A stretch of DNA of 60,995 nucleotides from an uncultured bacterium (lineage in GTDB: Bacteria > Methylomirabilota > Methylomirabilia > Methylomirabilales > 2-02-FULL-66-22). The notes under the pieces are model-generated. The model saw nothing but the letters and a program-made list of their open reading frames with translations, searched no databases and had not been told where the DNA came from. The stretch is taken from NCBI GenBank assembly GCA_964576535.1, contig CAZNWB010000008.1:1-60995 (forward strand), in the 5' to 3' direction. The translations under genes were made by a program, and so were the position numbers. Shown here in pieces: positions 1 to 10,161 of this stretch; position 1 is the stretch's first letter; every line of letters begins with the position of its first letter.

Positions 1-87
1 TTCAGAAAACTCGGGAGACTCGACTGTTCAGAACTTTCCAGCTCCACTCTCGTATTCTCACTTGTGAGGGCCGGAAATACCGGGGGT

Positions 88-118
88 TCCTCTGCGTGCT
101 TTGCGTCCTTTGCGGTTC
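88..118. repeat. Period-9 tandem repeat (CTCTGCGTG/CTTTGCGTC/CTTTGCGGT)
   Basis: Three degenerate 9-mers; CTCTGCGTGCTTTGCG recurs as its reverse complement near 50050. Confidence 0.6.
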
Positions 119-155
119 AAATGCAATGTCAGGGTTCAGTCCTCTTTGTGCCTTG

Positions 156-199
156 AAAAAACGGGCCCTCCCCGGATCGCGCGGTGGGGAGGGCCTGTT
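156..199 (-). terminator. Intrinsic terminator of the cytochrome bc operon
   Basis: GGCCCTCCCC/GGGGAGGGCC stem followed by a T6 run on the minus strand, about 35 bp past the stop at 235. Confidence 0.75.
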
Positions 200-234
200 G
201 TGCTCGGTGAGATTGTATGCCGCTCTCGTGGCCG

Positions 235-930
235 TTACTTCTTGGCGAACTCGGCAGTGAGCTTAGCCTCTTCCTTGGCCTTGACGCTGACCTCCTTCAC
301 CTGCTTGCCCAGCGTCTCGTGCCAGATCTCAACCTTGTAGCTGCCCGGCGGGACGTCCTTGATGGTGAAGTTGCCCTTCTCATCTGTCACCCCCACAAAG
401 GGGTGGTCTGTCGCAACGATCCAGCCCGTCATCCACCCGTGGGCGTCGCATACGGCCTTGATGATCTCGGGCTTGGTGAACTTCTCGGTCAGGACCTTCT
501 TGAACTTGGGCTGGGCCTTGTTGAAAGACGGGTTCGCCGTGCTTTGGGTGTGGATGTTGTGCAGGATCCCATCGCTGTTCAGGATGTCCAACTGCCCCGT
601 CGTGGGCACCACCACCACGCGCGGCGTGTACTTGCAGCCCTTCTGGTCCAGCTCGACTTTCTGGGAAGCGAACTTGCCGCCCTTGGCGCCCACCACGGTC
701 ACCACGACGTTGGCCAAGCCCTTGTCCGATCCCACGACGAGCGACTCATCGTAGTGCTCGACCTTTCCGCAAACTTCCTTGTCCTTGGTGATATCCAGCA
801 TCTTCTTGGCCGGCGGGCTCCCCGCATAGGTGATCCGCCCGCTGAGCGTTCCCCCCTCCTGGGCCAGGGCCACGGTGGCTCCACTCAAGACCAGGCCAAC
901 GATCGCCACTACCACCCATACCACTTTCAT
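235..930 (-). CDS. Exported carboxypeptidase-regulatory-like/cupredoxin-like protein
   Basis: Signal peptide, LHNIH and CDAHGWM (His...Cys-x2-His-x2-Met) motifs, C-terminal beta-sandwich (GNFTIKDVPPGSY). Confidence 0.7.
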   Translation of the reverse strand: MKVVWVVVAIVGLVLSGATVALAQEGGTLSGRITYAGSPPAKKMLDITKDKEVCGKVEHYDESLVVGSDKGLANVVVTVVGAKGGKFASQKVELDQKGCKYTPRVVVVPTTGQLDILNSDGILHNIHTQSTANPSFNKAQPKFKKVLTEKFTKPEIIKAVCDAHGWMTGWIVATDHPFVGVTDEKGNFTIKDVPPGSYKVEIWHETLGKQVKEVSVKAKEEAKLTAEFAKK

Positions 931-996
931 GCTCGTCTTGCCTCCTGCCCTCTGCGCTCCCTGACCGCCGATCGTCAGGCGCGAGGGCGTCTCTTA

Positions 997-3885
997 TTAT
1001 CGTTCTCCCAGGGACATGAGGTAGTCCCGGAGGGCGATGATCTGCTGATCCTCCTTCCCTCCCAGGATGTCGTCAGGTCCGCCGGGATAGAAGCTCGGCA
1101 TCTTCGTCCCCGGCTGGACCTTCTGCGGGTCCGTCAGCCACTTCACGATCCACTCCGGCCTGAGCCGCCGCCGCGCCAGGCTGAGATCGGGGGCCCAGCC
1201 CTCCGGCGGACCCTCGGGAAGCTTACTGCCTTGGACGTGGCAGGAGAAGCAGTCGAAGTAGTCCTTGGAGGCCAGCTTGCGCCCCGCCTCCACCAGCTCC
1301 GGCGAGTACTCCTCCACCCGGACAAACTCGTACGGGAAGCCCTTGCCGGCCAGGGCGCTAAAGTACTTGCTCAGTGTGGTGGCCTCGTCAATGGTGAGGG
1401 GGAAGGTGGGCATCCGCACCTTCAGCCACGGGCGGAGGCCGGCCGGCCGGGCCAGCCACTCGTACAGCCACGTCGCCTGAACCTTCTCCCCCTCCTGGAG
1501 ATTGCCGACCACCAGCGGCGGCGGGGCCGCCTGGGGGGTTTCGTAAAAGGTGGCGACGTCGCCACCCTTCCCCTCGATGACATGGCAGCCGGTACAGTTG
1601 TACTTCTGCAGGATGCGCCGGCCCCCCTGCACGGCCACCTCCATGTCGCTGAGGTGCCGCTCGTAGGCCCGCGGCACCGGGACATCAACCTGGCTCTTCA
1701 GGAAGACCCGGATGGCCTGAATCTCGTCGTCCTTCAGGCCGAAGTTGGGCATGATCTGTGGCGCCAGGGCCGTCGCGTAGATCTGGGGATTCTTCAGCTT
1801 CCAGAAGACGAAATCCTCCCAGATCTGCCGCACCTCCACCGCCTCGCCGAAGAACAGGCGGTCCACCCGCTTCACACCGAAGTCGGTGAGGTCGGGCGCG
1901 ATCTTCTCGGCCGTCTCGAATCCCTTGATCTCGTGACAACCGAAGCAGCCCCGCTTGCGGATCAAGGCCTCGCCGACCTTCGCCCGCTCCTCTTTCGCCA
2001 CCTCCGCGTTGAGACCGGCCTGCGTCTCCCGTCGCCCCAGCGTCATGAGGTAGGTCGCGATGTCCCGAGCCTCCTGATCGGAGAGCCGGAGATTGGGCAT
2101 GTTGGTCTTGGGGCGGTAGCGCTTTGGATCCTTCAGCCAGCGGTACAGCCACTCGGCATTCGCCTTGCTCGCTAGCCGGGACAGGTCCGGGCCGAAGGTA
2201 GGTCCCCCGACGTACACCTCGCCCGCGCCGGGGTAGACCGGGTGAACCTCGTCCTTGACCTCGCTACGCTTCGGCGGCGAGGGCTCTTGCGGCGTAGCAC
2301 TCGCCGGCGTGGCCTCCCCGCCTTCTTTCGGCGCCTCGGCCGCGAGCGCAGCCGGGGGCAGCGCGGTGGTCCCCTTCTTCAGGACCTCCATCTCCTGGAT
2401 CCGGTGACAGCCCAGGCAGCCCACGCGGCTCACCAGTTCCCGCCCCCGCTCGGCCGAGCCGGGCTGGTAGGCCGTCGGATACGACGCCTCCGCCTCGGAG
2501 TTCATCAGCAGGTAGGCCGCGACGGAGATGGCCTCATCCTCCGACAGGTTGAAGTTGGGCATCTTGGTGAGCGGGAGGTATCCTCGTGGATTCTGCATCC
2601 ACCGCACCATCCAAGAGGGATCCGCCTTGCTCCGAAGCTTCAAGAGGCTCGGGCCGACCTTCTCCGCCTTCTCGAAGCCGCGCAGGTTATGGCAGCCGAA
2701 GCAGCCCAACTGGGCCACGAGCTGCTTCCCCTGGCTCAGCACCGGAGCCATGGGAATGAATACCTGGGCGCTGTGGCACGTTTGGCAAGAGGCCTGCACC
2801 ATCTCCCCGTGGAACATGGGACGTTCCCAGTGGACGTGTTTCCGGAAGCCCTCGCGGACGTCGGCCTGCAGCTTGTCCGACAGCTCATGGGACGAGTGCG
2901 CATCCAGGACCGTCAGCGCCGAGCCCTGACCCTGGTGGCAGCCGGTGCAGCCGAACCGGCTGACCGGATGCTTCCCGAAGAACACCTCGCGGTGCGGGTG
3001 GGTGCGGAACGGCTGGGGGGCGTTCTCGAAGCCCGCGCGATCGATCCCCAGGTGGCAGGTCATGCAGCGGTCCACCGTCTGGATCGGCTGCTTGAATTCG
3101 TTGACCGCCAGACCCTCCACGACCACCTGCTGGATCTCGGGGGCGCGACCGCGAATTCCATCCAGCCGCCGCTGCAGAGCCGTGATGGACGCCCGCAATT
3201 CGGCCAGCTGGTCCCGGACCTTGGTGGCAGCCTCGGTGAAGCGTCGGAGGGTGGCCTGCTTATCCTCCACCGCCTTCTCCAGGCGGGCGCTGTCCGGCTC
3301 CTGGGCCTGGATCCGCTTCTCCAATGCCTTCTCCCGATCCACCAGGCCCCTGTAGTCGGCGCTCTTCACCCTGGCGTCCCGGCAGGCCTCGATCGCCTTG
3401 CGCACCTCGGGCGCGCCGGGGTCCTTCCCGGCCACCCGGGCTTTGTGCTCTTCTTGCTCCTGACACAGGAACTGGGCGTGCTCGATCCGGTACCGCTGTT
3501 CGTCCAGCTCGCTCTTGATGAACTGGATCTGCTGGGCCTTGTCCGCCTGCTGCCGTTCCAGGGCAGCCCGCTCTGCCTGCAGACGGGAATACTCCGGGCC
3601 CTGGATGGCCCCTTCCGCCTTGGCCAGGGCCGCCTCCAGGTCGCGCACCTTGGCCTGGGCCTCCGGGCTGCCGTACTTGGCCTCGGCCGCCTGGAGCGCC
3701 TGCTCCACCATCTGCTGTTCTAGACGATTGAACTGCCGCTGGTAATCAACCCACGGGCGGCGGGTCTTCCCCTCGTCCCACAGGGCCCAGCCCGTCACCA
3801 GGACCAGGGCCATGCTGGAGGTGAAGAAGATCATTCGCAGGGAGCGTTTCTCGTCCGGGACGGACGTTCGTCGGCGCCGGAACAT
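997..3885 (-). CDS. Membrane-anchored octaheme cytochrome c with long coiled-coil stalk
   Basis: Eight CxxCH motifs (CMTCH, CTGCH, CQTCH, CFGCH, CLGCH, CFGCH, CTGCH, CFSCH), N-terminal TM helix, repeated GP.L...W...P...MP class I domains. Confidence 0.9.
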   Translation of the reverse strand: MFRRRRTSVPDEKRSLRMIFFTSSMALVLVTGWALWDEGKTRRPWVDYQRQFNRLEQQMVEQALQAAEAKYGSPEAQAKVRDLEAALAKAEGAIQGPEYSRLQAERAALERQQADKAQQIQFIKSELDEQRYRIEHAQFLCQEQEEHKARVAGKDPGAPEVRKAIEACRDARVKSADYRGLVDREKALEKRIQAQEPDSARLEKAVEDKQATLRRFTEAATKVRDQLAELRASITALQRRLDGIRGRAPEIQQVVVEGLAVNEFKQPIQTVDRCMTCHLGIDRAGFENAPQPFRTHPHREVFFGKHPVSRFGCTGCHQGQGSALTVLDAHSSHELSDKLQADVREGFRKHVHWERPMFHGEMVQASCQTCHSAQVFIPMAPVLSQGKQLVAQLGCFGCHNLRGFEKAEKVGPSLLKLRSKADPSWMVRWMQNPRGYLPLTKMPNFNLSEDEAISVAAYLLMNSEAEASYPTAYQPGSAERGRELVSRVGCLGCHRIQEMEVLKKGTTALPPAALAAEAPKEGGEATPASATPQEPSPPKRSEVKDEVHPVYPGAGEVYVGGPTFGPDLSRLASKANAEWLYRWLKDPKRYRPKTNMPNLRLSDQEARDIATYLMTLGRRETQAGLNAEVAKEERAKVGEALIRKRGCFGCHEIKGFETAEKIAPDLTDFGVKRVDRLFFGEAVEVRQIWEDFVFWKLKNPQIYATALAPQIMPNFGLKDDEIQAIRVFLKSQVDVPVPRAYERHLSDMEVAVQGGRRILQKYNCTGCHVIEGKGGDVATFYETPQAAPPPLVVGNLQEGEKVQATWLYEWLARPAGLRPWLKVRMPTFPLTIDEATTLSKYFSALAGKGFPYEFVRVEEYSPELVEAGRKLASKDYFDCFSCHVQGSKLPEGPPEGWAPDLSLARRRLRPEWIVKWLTDPQKVQPGTKMPSFYPGGPDDILGGKEDQQIIALRDYLMSLGER

Positions 3886-4037
3886 CAGACCCTCGACACC
3901 CCTTCCTAAGAAATGTGAACCGCCGGTACCAACGGCCCCGCCGTTGGTGCGCCAAGATCGCCAAGGGCAGAAGGCTCATGGGGGACAAACGGCCAGGCCT
4001 TCTGAATGCTAACTGCCGATGGCTGAATGCTTATGGG

Positions 4038-4877
4038 CTAAATATTGAACCATGGGGTCACCCACACGTACTTGATGTTGAAGGTGATGCGCAGGACCAT
4101 CTTGAGCGGCAGGGACATCATGGTCAGGAACAGGAACGCCACGATCCCGTACCGCACGGGTCCCAGCGTCTGCAGCGTCGGGCTCGTCGCCCTCTTCCAG
4201 AGGTAGTACGCCACGGGCAGCACCAGCATGTAGAGGACCGACAGCACCAGCCCGATCACTTCCACGCCAAAGATCTTGGGATTCCCCATCCACTTGAAGG
4301 GCAGGCCGGTCCCGCCGATGTCCAAGGAGGGCAGGTCCACATTGGTGATGGCCACCACCTTGTGAGGATCCCAGCGGTTCCACGGCCAGAACAGGTTCCA
4401 GCCGGGACCCCGGAAGAAGACCCCTAGCATGATCAGTGTGATCCAGAGGATCAAGAAACCAAAGAGAAACGTCGTGATGGCAAAGGGGCGCTCCCGGAAG
4501 GTGTAGTAGCCGCTCCCCTTGGGATTGATGTCGATGTAGGGAAGCACCATCAGCCCGACGATAATCAGGGTGGGCAGGACCACCCCGGCCATCCAGGGAT
4601 CGAAGTACACCAGCATCTCCTGGAGGCCCAGAAAGTACCAGGGCGCCTTGGAGGGGTTGGGGGTGTTGGCGGGGTTCGCCGGCTCCTCCAGCGGGGCGTT
4701 GATCACGATGGACCACACCGTTACGAGAACCATGACGATGAGAGTACAGATCCACTCGTTCCGCACCAGGAAGGGCCAGACATGAAGGCGGTCCTCGAGC
4801 TGGCCTTTCTTCACCGCGCTGGTCGGCGCCGATTTCGGCTTCGCCGGCGCGCCCGGCGCCTGCTTGATCTCAGCCAT
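4038..4877 (-). CDS. qcrC: Cytochrome b subunit IV-like protein (PetD/QcrC-like)
   Basis: APLEEPANPANTPNPSKAPWYF (PEWY-equivalent Qo motif) and several TM helices. Confidence 0.85.
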   Translation of the reverse strand: MAEIKQAPGAPAKPKSAPTSAVKKGQLEDRLHVWPFLVRNEWICTLIVMVLVTVWSIVINAPLEEPANPANTPNPSKAPWYFLGLQEMLVYFDPWMAGVVLPTLIIVGLMVLPYIDINPKGSGYYTFRERPFAITTFLFGFLILWITLIMLGVFFRGPGWNLFWPWNRWDPHKVVAITNVDLPSLDIGGTGLPFKWMGNPKIFGVEVIGLVLSVLYMLVLPVAYYLWKRATSPTLQTLGPVRYGIVAFLFLTMMSLPLKMVLRITFNIKYVWVTPWFNI

Positions 4878-4898
4878 GTCTACGCTCCATACCCCATG

Positions 4899-4992
4899 CG
4901 AATGTCGAATAACGAATGACGAAGGTCGAAGGTGTCCACGAGCGACGCAGCCAGTTCAGAGTTCGACGTTCGATGTTCGAAATTCGAAATTA
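4899..4992. repeat. Inverted pair of period-7 repeats (CGAATGT-like / TTCGACG-TTCGAAA)
   Basis: cgaatgt cgaataa cgaatga cgaaggt cgaaggt ... ttcgacg ttcgatg ttcgaaa ttcgaaa. Confidence 0.75.
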
Positions 4993-5766
4993 GAGAGGTC
5001 CAGAAATGCCCCCGTCCTTCCGAATGCGCCAGAAGTGCACGATCATGAAGAGGCTGGCCAGGATGGGAAGGAAGATACAGTGCAGCACGTAGAACCGCAA
5101 CAGGGTCGGCGGACCGACGATGCTCCCTCCCAGCAGGAACGCTCGCGCGTCATACCGGGGCGTCACCCCCACCACGTCGGCAAAGGGCCCCTCGTGGCCC
5201 AAAAGCGGCGTGGCGCGGGCCATGTTGGTCCCCACCGTGACGGCCCAGATGGAGAGCTGGTCCCACGGAAGCAGGTAGCCCGTGAAGCTCAGGAGCAGCG
5301 TGAGGGTCAGCAGGATGACCCCCACCACCCAGTTGAACTCGCGCGGGGGTTTATAGGAACCGGTCATGAAGACCCGGAACATGTGCAGCCAGACCGTGAT
5401 CACCATTCCGTGGGCCGCCCAACGGTGCATGTTGCGCATGAGCATGCCGAAGGGGACGTCGAACTCCAGGTACTTCATGTCCGCGTAGGCGTACTCCCCC
5501 ACCGGGCGGTAGTAGAACATCAGGACCACCCCGGTCACCGTCAGGACCAGGAACATCAGGAACGTGATGCCACCCATGCACCAGGTGAACCGCAACCGGA
5601 TGGCGTGGCGCCGGATCTTCGGCGGGTGCAGGTGGAGCCACACGTTCGCCATGATCTGGAGGAACCGGTTCCGCGGCGTGTCCTCGTAGCCGTGGCGGAA
5701 CATCGAGGTCCAGACCTGGGATTCCACGATCTGGCGCTTCAGTGCCTTGAGCTTTTGCGCGAGCAT
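4990..5766 (-). CDS. qcrB: Cytochrome b6-type (short) cytochrome b
   Basis: WCMGG (heme ci Cys), [26 protein letters not shown]; probable start MLAQK at 5766. Confidence 0.92.
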   Translation of the reverse strand: MLAQKLKALKRQIVESQVWTSMFRHGYEDTPRNRFLQIMANVWLHLHPPKIRRHAIRLRFTWCMGGITFLMFLVLTVTGVVLMFYYRPVGEYAYADMKYLEFDVPFGMLMRNMHRWAAHGMVITVWLHMFRVFMTGSYKPPREFNWVVGVILLTLTLLLSFTGYLLPWDQLSIWAVTVGTNMARATPLLGHEGPFADVVGVTPRYDARAFLLGGSIVGPPTLLRFYVLHCIFLPILASLFMIVHFWRIRKDGGISGPL

Positions 5767-5806
5767 GGAGCCTCCGAGAAGCCGAAGTGATTCTCCGGGT
5801 GAGACC

Positions 5807-6430
5807 TCAGACCTTGAGCTTGGCGCCGGGCTTGTCCCACTCGCCCAGCTCATAGCGGAACTTCACGCTCTTGTCCACCACGAGCTGGCCGTCATCGGAG
5901 AGGCCGATCTTGATCCGCTCCAGCGGGCGCGGGGCCGGCCCCTCGAAGTTGATCCCGGATCGCTTGAAGCCGCTCCCGTGGCAGGGGCACTTGAACTTGT
6001 CCTCGGCCTGGAACCAGTTGGGCGTGCAGCCCAGGTGGGTGCAGATGGCCAAGATGGCATAGAATGACCCGTCATCCTGGCGGACAATCCACACCCGCTG
6101 GTCTTTCTTCCATCGCTCCGAGACCGAGCCGGCCGGGTATTCGTCCGGCGTGCCGGCCCGGAAGGTCGGCAATGGCTCAAACAGGACCCGGGGGAACATG
6201 AAACGGGTGAAGGCCAGGGCACTCGCCCCCAGGGCCCCCAAGAAGCCGGCCCATCCCGCCAGGGAGAAAATGTCGCGCCGAGACCATATGGTGGCATCCA
6301 GCCCCGACGCCTGCCCGCCGCTCCCCGCCAGACCGCTGGCGGGCTGGCGCTCCCCGCCTGCCCCTGGCACGCGGGCAGGTGGCAGGCGGGCCTCGCCGCC
6401 GTGCGCACCCTTGGGATCTCGTTCGGCCAC
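5807..6430 (-). CDS. qcrA: Rieske iron-sulfur subunit
   Basis: CTHLGC and CPCHGS boxes, SRRDIF Tat-like motif plus TM helix, GPAPRPL. Confidence 0.93.
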   Translation of the reverse strand: MAERDPKGAHGGEARLPPARVPGAGGERQPASGLAGSGGQASGLDATIWSRRDIFSLAGWAGFLGALGASALAFTRFMFPRVLFEPLPTFRAGTPDEYPAGSVSERWKKDQRVWIVRQDDGSFYAILAICTHLGCTPNWFQAEDKFKCPCHGSGFKRSGINFEGPAPRPLERIKIGLSDDGQLVVDKSVKFRYELGEWDKPGAKLKV

Positions 6431-6890
6431 CAGAGGCTCCTGTGATTCGACGGGGGAAAGAGGACGGAGTCAGTTTCACAATGCTGACGCTTGTAGAACC
6501 GAGCAGTTGCATGACTTTTAAGGGAGTATCGGCGGAAGGTCAAGGAGAAATTTGGTCGAATCTCGCTCGACGGGTGAGGGAAGGAGCCGAGGCGAACTCC
6601 CCCGTCGATAGTTTGCTGTCCGAGTCATGGCTGCCCGCCAAGTTGGACCGGCCGCCAAGCGGCGGCTGATGCGCGCACGGGAACCAGGGGAAATCGACGG
6701 CGGGGCGTTCTTTCGGGATCACCGGCCCGGGGCGCAGAGGTCGGCCTGGGTCGCCGGTCAAGTGGTCCGGGCTGAGGGGAGCGCCGAGTGGTATCCTCAG
6801 GAGCAGCCTACGACAGCCTCCAGGAGAAGCAAAATCCAGACCCCCCGGAGCATTTCGCCCCATACCTAAGGCAAGGACTCAACAATTCCC

Positions 6891-6918
6891 TTGCGCCCGG
6901 GAGCGGGCCTTATATAAT
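6891..6918 (+). promoter_or_regulatory. Putative sigma70 promoter of the secretion operon
   Basis: TTGCGC-N16-TATAAT, 26 bp before the ATG at 6945. Confidence 0.5.
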
Positions 6919-6944
6919 CGGGTGTCAAGCCTGGCAGGAGGACG

Positions 6945-8159
6945 ATGGCACAGTTTTCTTGCAGGGTGGGGACGTCGTCCGGGTCCCTCCAGACCCTGGA
7001 GGTCGAGGAGGAGAGCCTGGAGGCCGCCCGCCGCAGCCTGGAAGCGAAGGGCTATTTCGTTTTCGACGTGGCGGGAACGGGGAAATCCCGGATGGTGCCA
7101 CGTCTCCAGTCCTTTCGCACTGCGCGGATCGGCGCCCAGGCCCTCCTTGTCTTCAACCAGGAACTCCTGGCGCTGACCAAGGCTGGTCTCCCGATCCTCA
7201 CCGCCCTGGACCTCCTGAGCGAGCGAAGCCAGCAACCCCGCCTGGTCGCCATCCTGGCCGAAGTGCGAGAGGCAGTGAAGGGGGGCATGGCGCTCTCCGC
7301 GGCCTTCGCCCGGCACCCGCGGGTGTTTTCCCCGCTGTATACGGCGACCATCTACGCCGGCGAGCAGAGCGGCAACCTCGTGGACGCACTCACCCGCTAC
7401 GTCGAATATCAACGACGCATCTTGGCCCTGCGGCAGCGATTCCGCGCGGCCCTGACCTATCCGGCCGTCCTCTGCCTGGCCTCGGTCGCGGTGACCTTGT
7501 TCCTGCTGATCTACGTGGTCCCCACCTTCACCCTGATCTACGGCGACATGGAGGCCGAACTCCCCGCGTCCACCCGCCTTCTGGTGGGGGTCACCGGACA
7601 GCTGCGACGTGCCCTGCCCCTTCTCGCCGGAGGGGCTGTCGTGCTGGCGGTCGCGGCCTGGCGCTGGCACGCCACGCCGGACGGCCGCCGAACCATCGAT
7701 CGCCTGACCCTGCGCCTGCCTTGGGTCGGGGATCTGGTGCGAGGGTACCTGTTCTCCCGCGTCGCCCGGACCCTGGCCATGATGCTGGGCGGAGGGATCC
7801 CGATGATCCCCTCCCTCCAGGTGACCCTGACGACCGTGGGCAACGCATTCGTGGGGGACGCGCTCCAGCGATGCGTTCCCCGGGTCGCCGCAGGCAGTTC
7901 GCTGGCGGACGCCCTGGGGGGCACGGGCGTCGTGCCTCCCTTGGTGCTGGAGATGACCGCCGTGGGGGAAAGCAGCGGGTCCCTCGGCGAGATGCTGGGC
8001 TACGTGGCCGATCTGTACGACGCCGAGGTGGATACGCGCCTGACGACCCTGGCAGCGGCGATCGGACCCGTCATCATGGTCGGCATGGGGTTGGTGGTCG
8101 CCGCCATCGTCATAATCATGTACTTGCCCATCTTCCACCTGGCGGCAGTCGTCCGCTAG
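6945..8159 (+). CDS. gspF: Type II secretion/type IV pilus platform protein GspF/PilC
   Basis: Two GspF domains (AGEQSGNL, VGESSGSL), AALTYP, C-terminal MYLPIF. Confidence 0.92.
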   Translation: MAQFSCRVGTSSGSLQTLEVEEESLEAARRSLEAKGYFVFDVAGTGKSRMVPRLQSFRTARIGAQALLVFNQELLALTKAGLPILTALDLLSERSQQPRLVAILAEVREAVKGGMALSAAFARHPRVFSPLYTATIYAGEQSGNLVDALTRYVEYQRRILALRQRFRAALTYPAVLCLASVAVTLFLLIYVVPTFTLIYGDMEAELPASTRLLVGVTGQLRRALPLLAGGAVVLAVAAWRWHATPDGRRTIDRLTLRLPWVGDLVRGYLFSRVARTLAMMLGGGIPMIPSLQVTLTTVGNAFVGDALQRCVPRVAAGSSLADALGGTGVVPPLVLEMTAVGESSGSLGEMLGYVADLYDAEVDTRLTTLAAAIGPVIMVGMGLVVAAIVIIMYLPIFHLAAVVR

Positions 8160-8173
8160 CCGTGAACGCAATT

Positions 8174-8280
8174 TTCAAACTGACAACGGACAATGAACAG
8201 TGAGGGATACCGCTTGACCGGTTGTCAGTTGTCGGTTATCGGTTTTGCATTGGCTAGGTCGGTTGTCGGTTTTACATTGA
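8174..8280. repeat. Inverted period-7 repeat element (ACAACCG/CGGTTGT), copy 1
   Basis: actgacaacggacaatgaaca ... cggttgtcagttgtcggttatcggttt. Confidence 0.75.
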
Positions 8281-8293
8281 GTTGGGAGGTCGA

Positions 8294-9997
8294 GTGACTC
8301 GGTACCGTACGCTGGAAGACGTGCTCATCGCCGAGGGCTATCTCGGCCGCCCGGAGCTGGACCGCGTCCGGACCCAATCGGACGGGACGCCGGGCAGCCT
8401 CGGCTGGCGCCTGGTCGAGGCAGGGGTGCTTTCCGAGGAGGCCCTGGCCAAGGCCCTGGCGCGGCTGCACGAGGTCCCGGTGGTGGATCTGGCGACCGCG
8501 CCCATCGAGCCCGGCGTCCTGGACAGCTTCCCCCTCGAGCGAATGCGCCGCGACCTGTTTCTCCCCCTCCGTCGCGAAGGGGACCGATTGGTCGTGGCCG
8601 TGGCGGACCCCGGCAACATCCTGCTCCGGGACGACCTCACGCGCTGGCACGGGGGGCCGGTAGATCTGGTGCTGGCGACTCGGGCTGCCGTCCTGGAGCG
8701 CCTGAATCACGTGGACGCCTCGCAGCGGGCCCTGAAGGCCATCACCGAGGATTTCAAGCTGTCGGAGGCGGAGGACGACGAGGGGGGCATCTCGCTGGAG
8801 GCGGTCGCCGGCGATCAAAGCCCGACCATCCGCCTGGTGGACACCATCCTCCTCACGGCCATGCAGCAGCGGGCCAGCGATGTCCACGTCGAGGCCAGCG
8901 AGAAGCACGTCCAGGTGAAATTCCGGGTGGACGGCATGCTCCGCCCCGCCATGGAGCCCCTGGACCGGCGTCACCAGGACACCATCGTGTCCCGGATCAA
9001 GATCATGGCCGAGCTGGACATCGCCGAGCACCGCGTCCCCCAGGACGGCCGGTTCAAGCTGAAGGTCCGCGGCCGGTCCATTGACTTCCGGGTCTCCATC
9101 CTGCCCAGCAACTTCGGCGAGGCGGTGGTGATTCGCATTCTGGACAAGGAGGCCATCACCCAGGAGCTGGCCGAGCTGCGCCTGGAGCTCCTGGGCATCG
9201 GCGAGGCCGATCAGCGGCGCCTGCGGCGGCATATCTACCGGCCCCACGGGATGGTCCTGGTGACCGGGCCCACCGGGTCGGGCAAGACCACGACCCTGTA
9301 CGCCGCCATTTCGGAAATCAACACCGGCCTCGACAAGATCATCACCATCGAGGACCCCATTGAATACCAGCTCCGGGGCGTCGTGCAGATCCCGGTGAAC
9401 GAGAAGAAGGGGCTGACCTTCGCCCGGGGCTTGCGCAGCATCCTGCGCCACGATCCGGACAAGATCCTGGTGGGCGAGATTCGCGATCCCGAGACGGCCC
9501 AGATCGCCGTGCAGTCCGCCCTCACCGGGCACCTGGTCTTCACCACGGTGCACGCCAACAACATCATGGACGTCATCGGCCGCTTCCTCAACATGGGACT
9601 GGAGCCGTACCACTTTCTGTCCTCCCTGAACTGCGTGTTGACGCAGCGCCTGGTGCGCGTCCTCTGCCGGTCGTGCCGGCGGCCCGTTCAGTATCCGCGG
9701 CCGGCGCTGGAAGAGCTGGGCCTGGACCCCGACCGGGACGCGGGGCAGAACTTTTTCGAGGCGGTGGGCTGCGAGGCGTGCAAGGGGACCGGATTCCGCG
9801 GGCGAACCGCGGTGGCGGAGCTCGTGGAGATCACCGACATGATCCGCACCTTGATCATGGATCGCCGCCCGGCCGGCGAGATCCTGGGCGCCGCCCGGAC
9901 AGGCGGCACGATGCTCCTGCGCGAGGCCGCCCTGGAGAGGGCCCGGGCCGGGATCACGACCGTGGCGGAGATGAACCGGGTGACGTTTGCGGAGTGA
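8294..9997 (+). CDS. gspE: GspE/PilB secretion ATPase
   Basis: Walker A GPTGSGKTT, EDPIEY, LRHDPDKILVGEIRD, tetracysteine motif; GTG start after GGAGG. Confidence 0.95.
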   Translation: MTRYRTLEDVLIAEGYLGRPELDRVRTQSDGTPGSLGWRLVEAGVLSEEALAKALARLHEVPVVDLATAPIEPGVLDSFPLERMRRDLFLPLRREGDRLVVAVADPGNILLRDDLTRWHGGPVDLVLATRAAVLERLNHVDASQRALKAITEDFKLSEAEDDEGGISLEAVAGDQSPTIRLVDTILLTAMQQRASDVHVEASEKHVQVKFRVDGMLRPAMEPLDRRHQDTIVSRIKIMAELDIAEHRVPQDGRFKLKVRGRSIDFRVSILPSNFGEAVVIRILDKEAITQELAELRLELLGIGEADQRRLRRHIYRPHGMVLVTGPTGSGKTTTLYAAISEINTGLDKIITIEDPIEYQLRGVVQIPVNEKKGLTFARGLRSILRHDPDKILVGEIRDPETAQIAVQSALTGHLVFTTVHANNIMDVIGRFLNMGLEPYHFLSSLNCVLTQRLVRVLCRSCRRPVQYPRPALEELGLDPDRDAGQNFFEAVGCEACKGTGFRGRTAVAELVEITDMIRTLIMDRRPAGEILGAARTGGTMLLREAALERARAGITTVAEMNRVTFAE

Positions 9998-10022
9998 ATC
10001 GCGAAAGTTCGCCTAACGCGAA

Positions 10023-10112
10023 AGCCAATGTAAAACCGACAACGGACAACTGACAACCGACCATTTTACTGAGGGGTTCGAGTTGACCGGTTGTCGGTTG
10101 TCGGTTTGAAAT
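10023..10112. repeat. Inverted period-7 repeat element (ACAACCG/CGGTTGT), copy 2
   Basis: accgacaacggacaactgacaaccgacc ... cggttgtcggttgtcggtttgaaa; inverted relative to the 8174-8280 copy. Confidence 0.75.
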
Positions 10113-10161
10113 TTTCAATTGCCGAAGCAGTAGCAAGGAATTGCCGAAGCGGGAGCGAAGG

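Noticed and set aside
217-3723. Long plus-strand ORFs opposite the cytochrome genes, and similar antisense ORFs throughout (e.g. 25872-27785, 32374-34074, 35948-37501)
   Set aside because: High-GC shadow ORFs of well-supported genes
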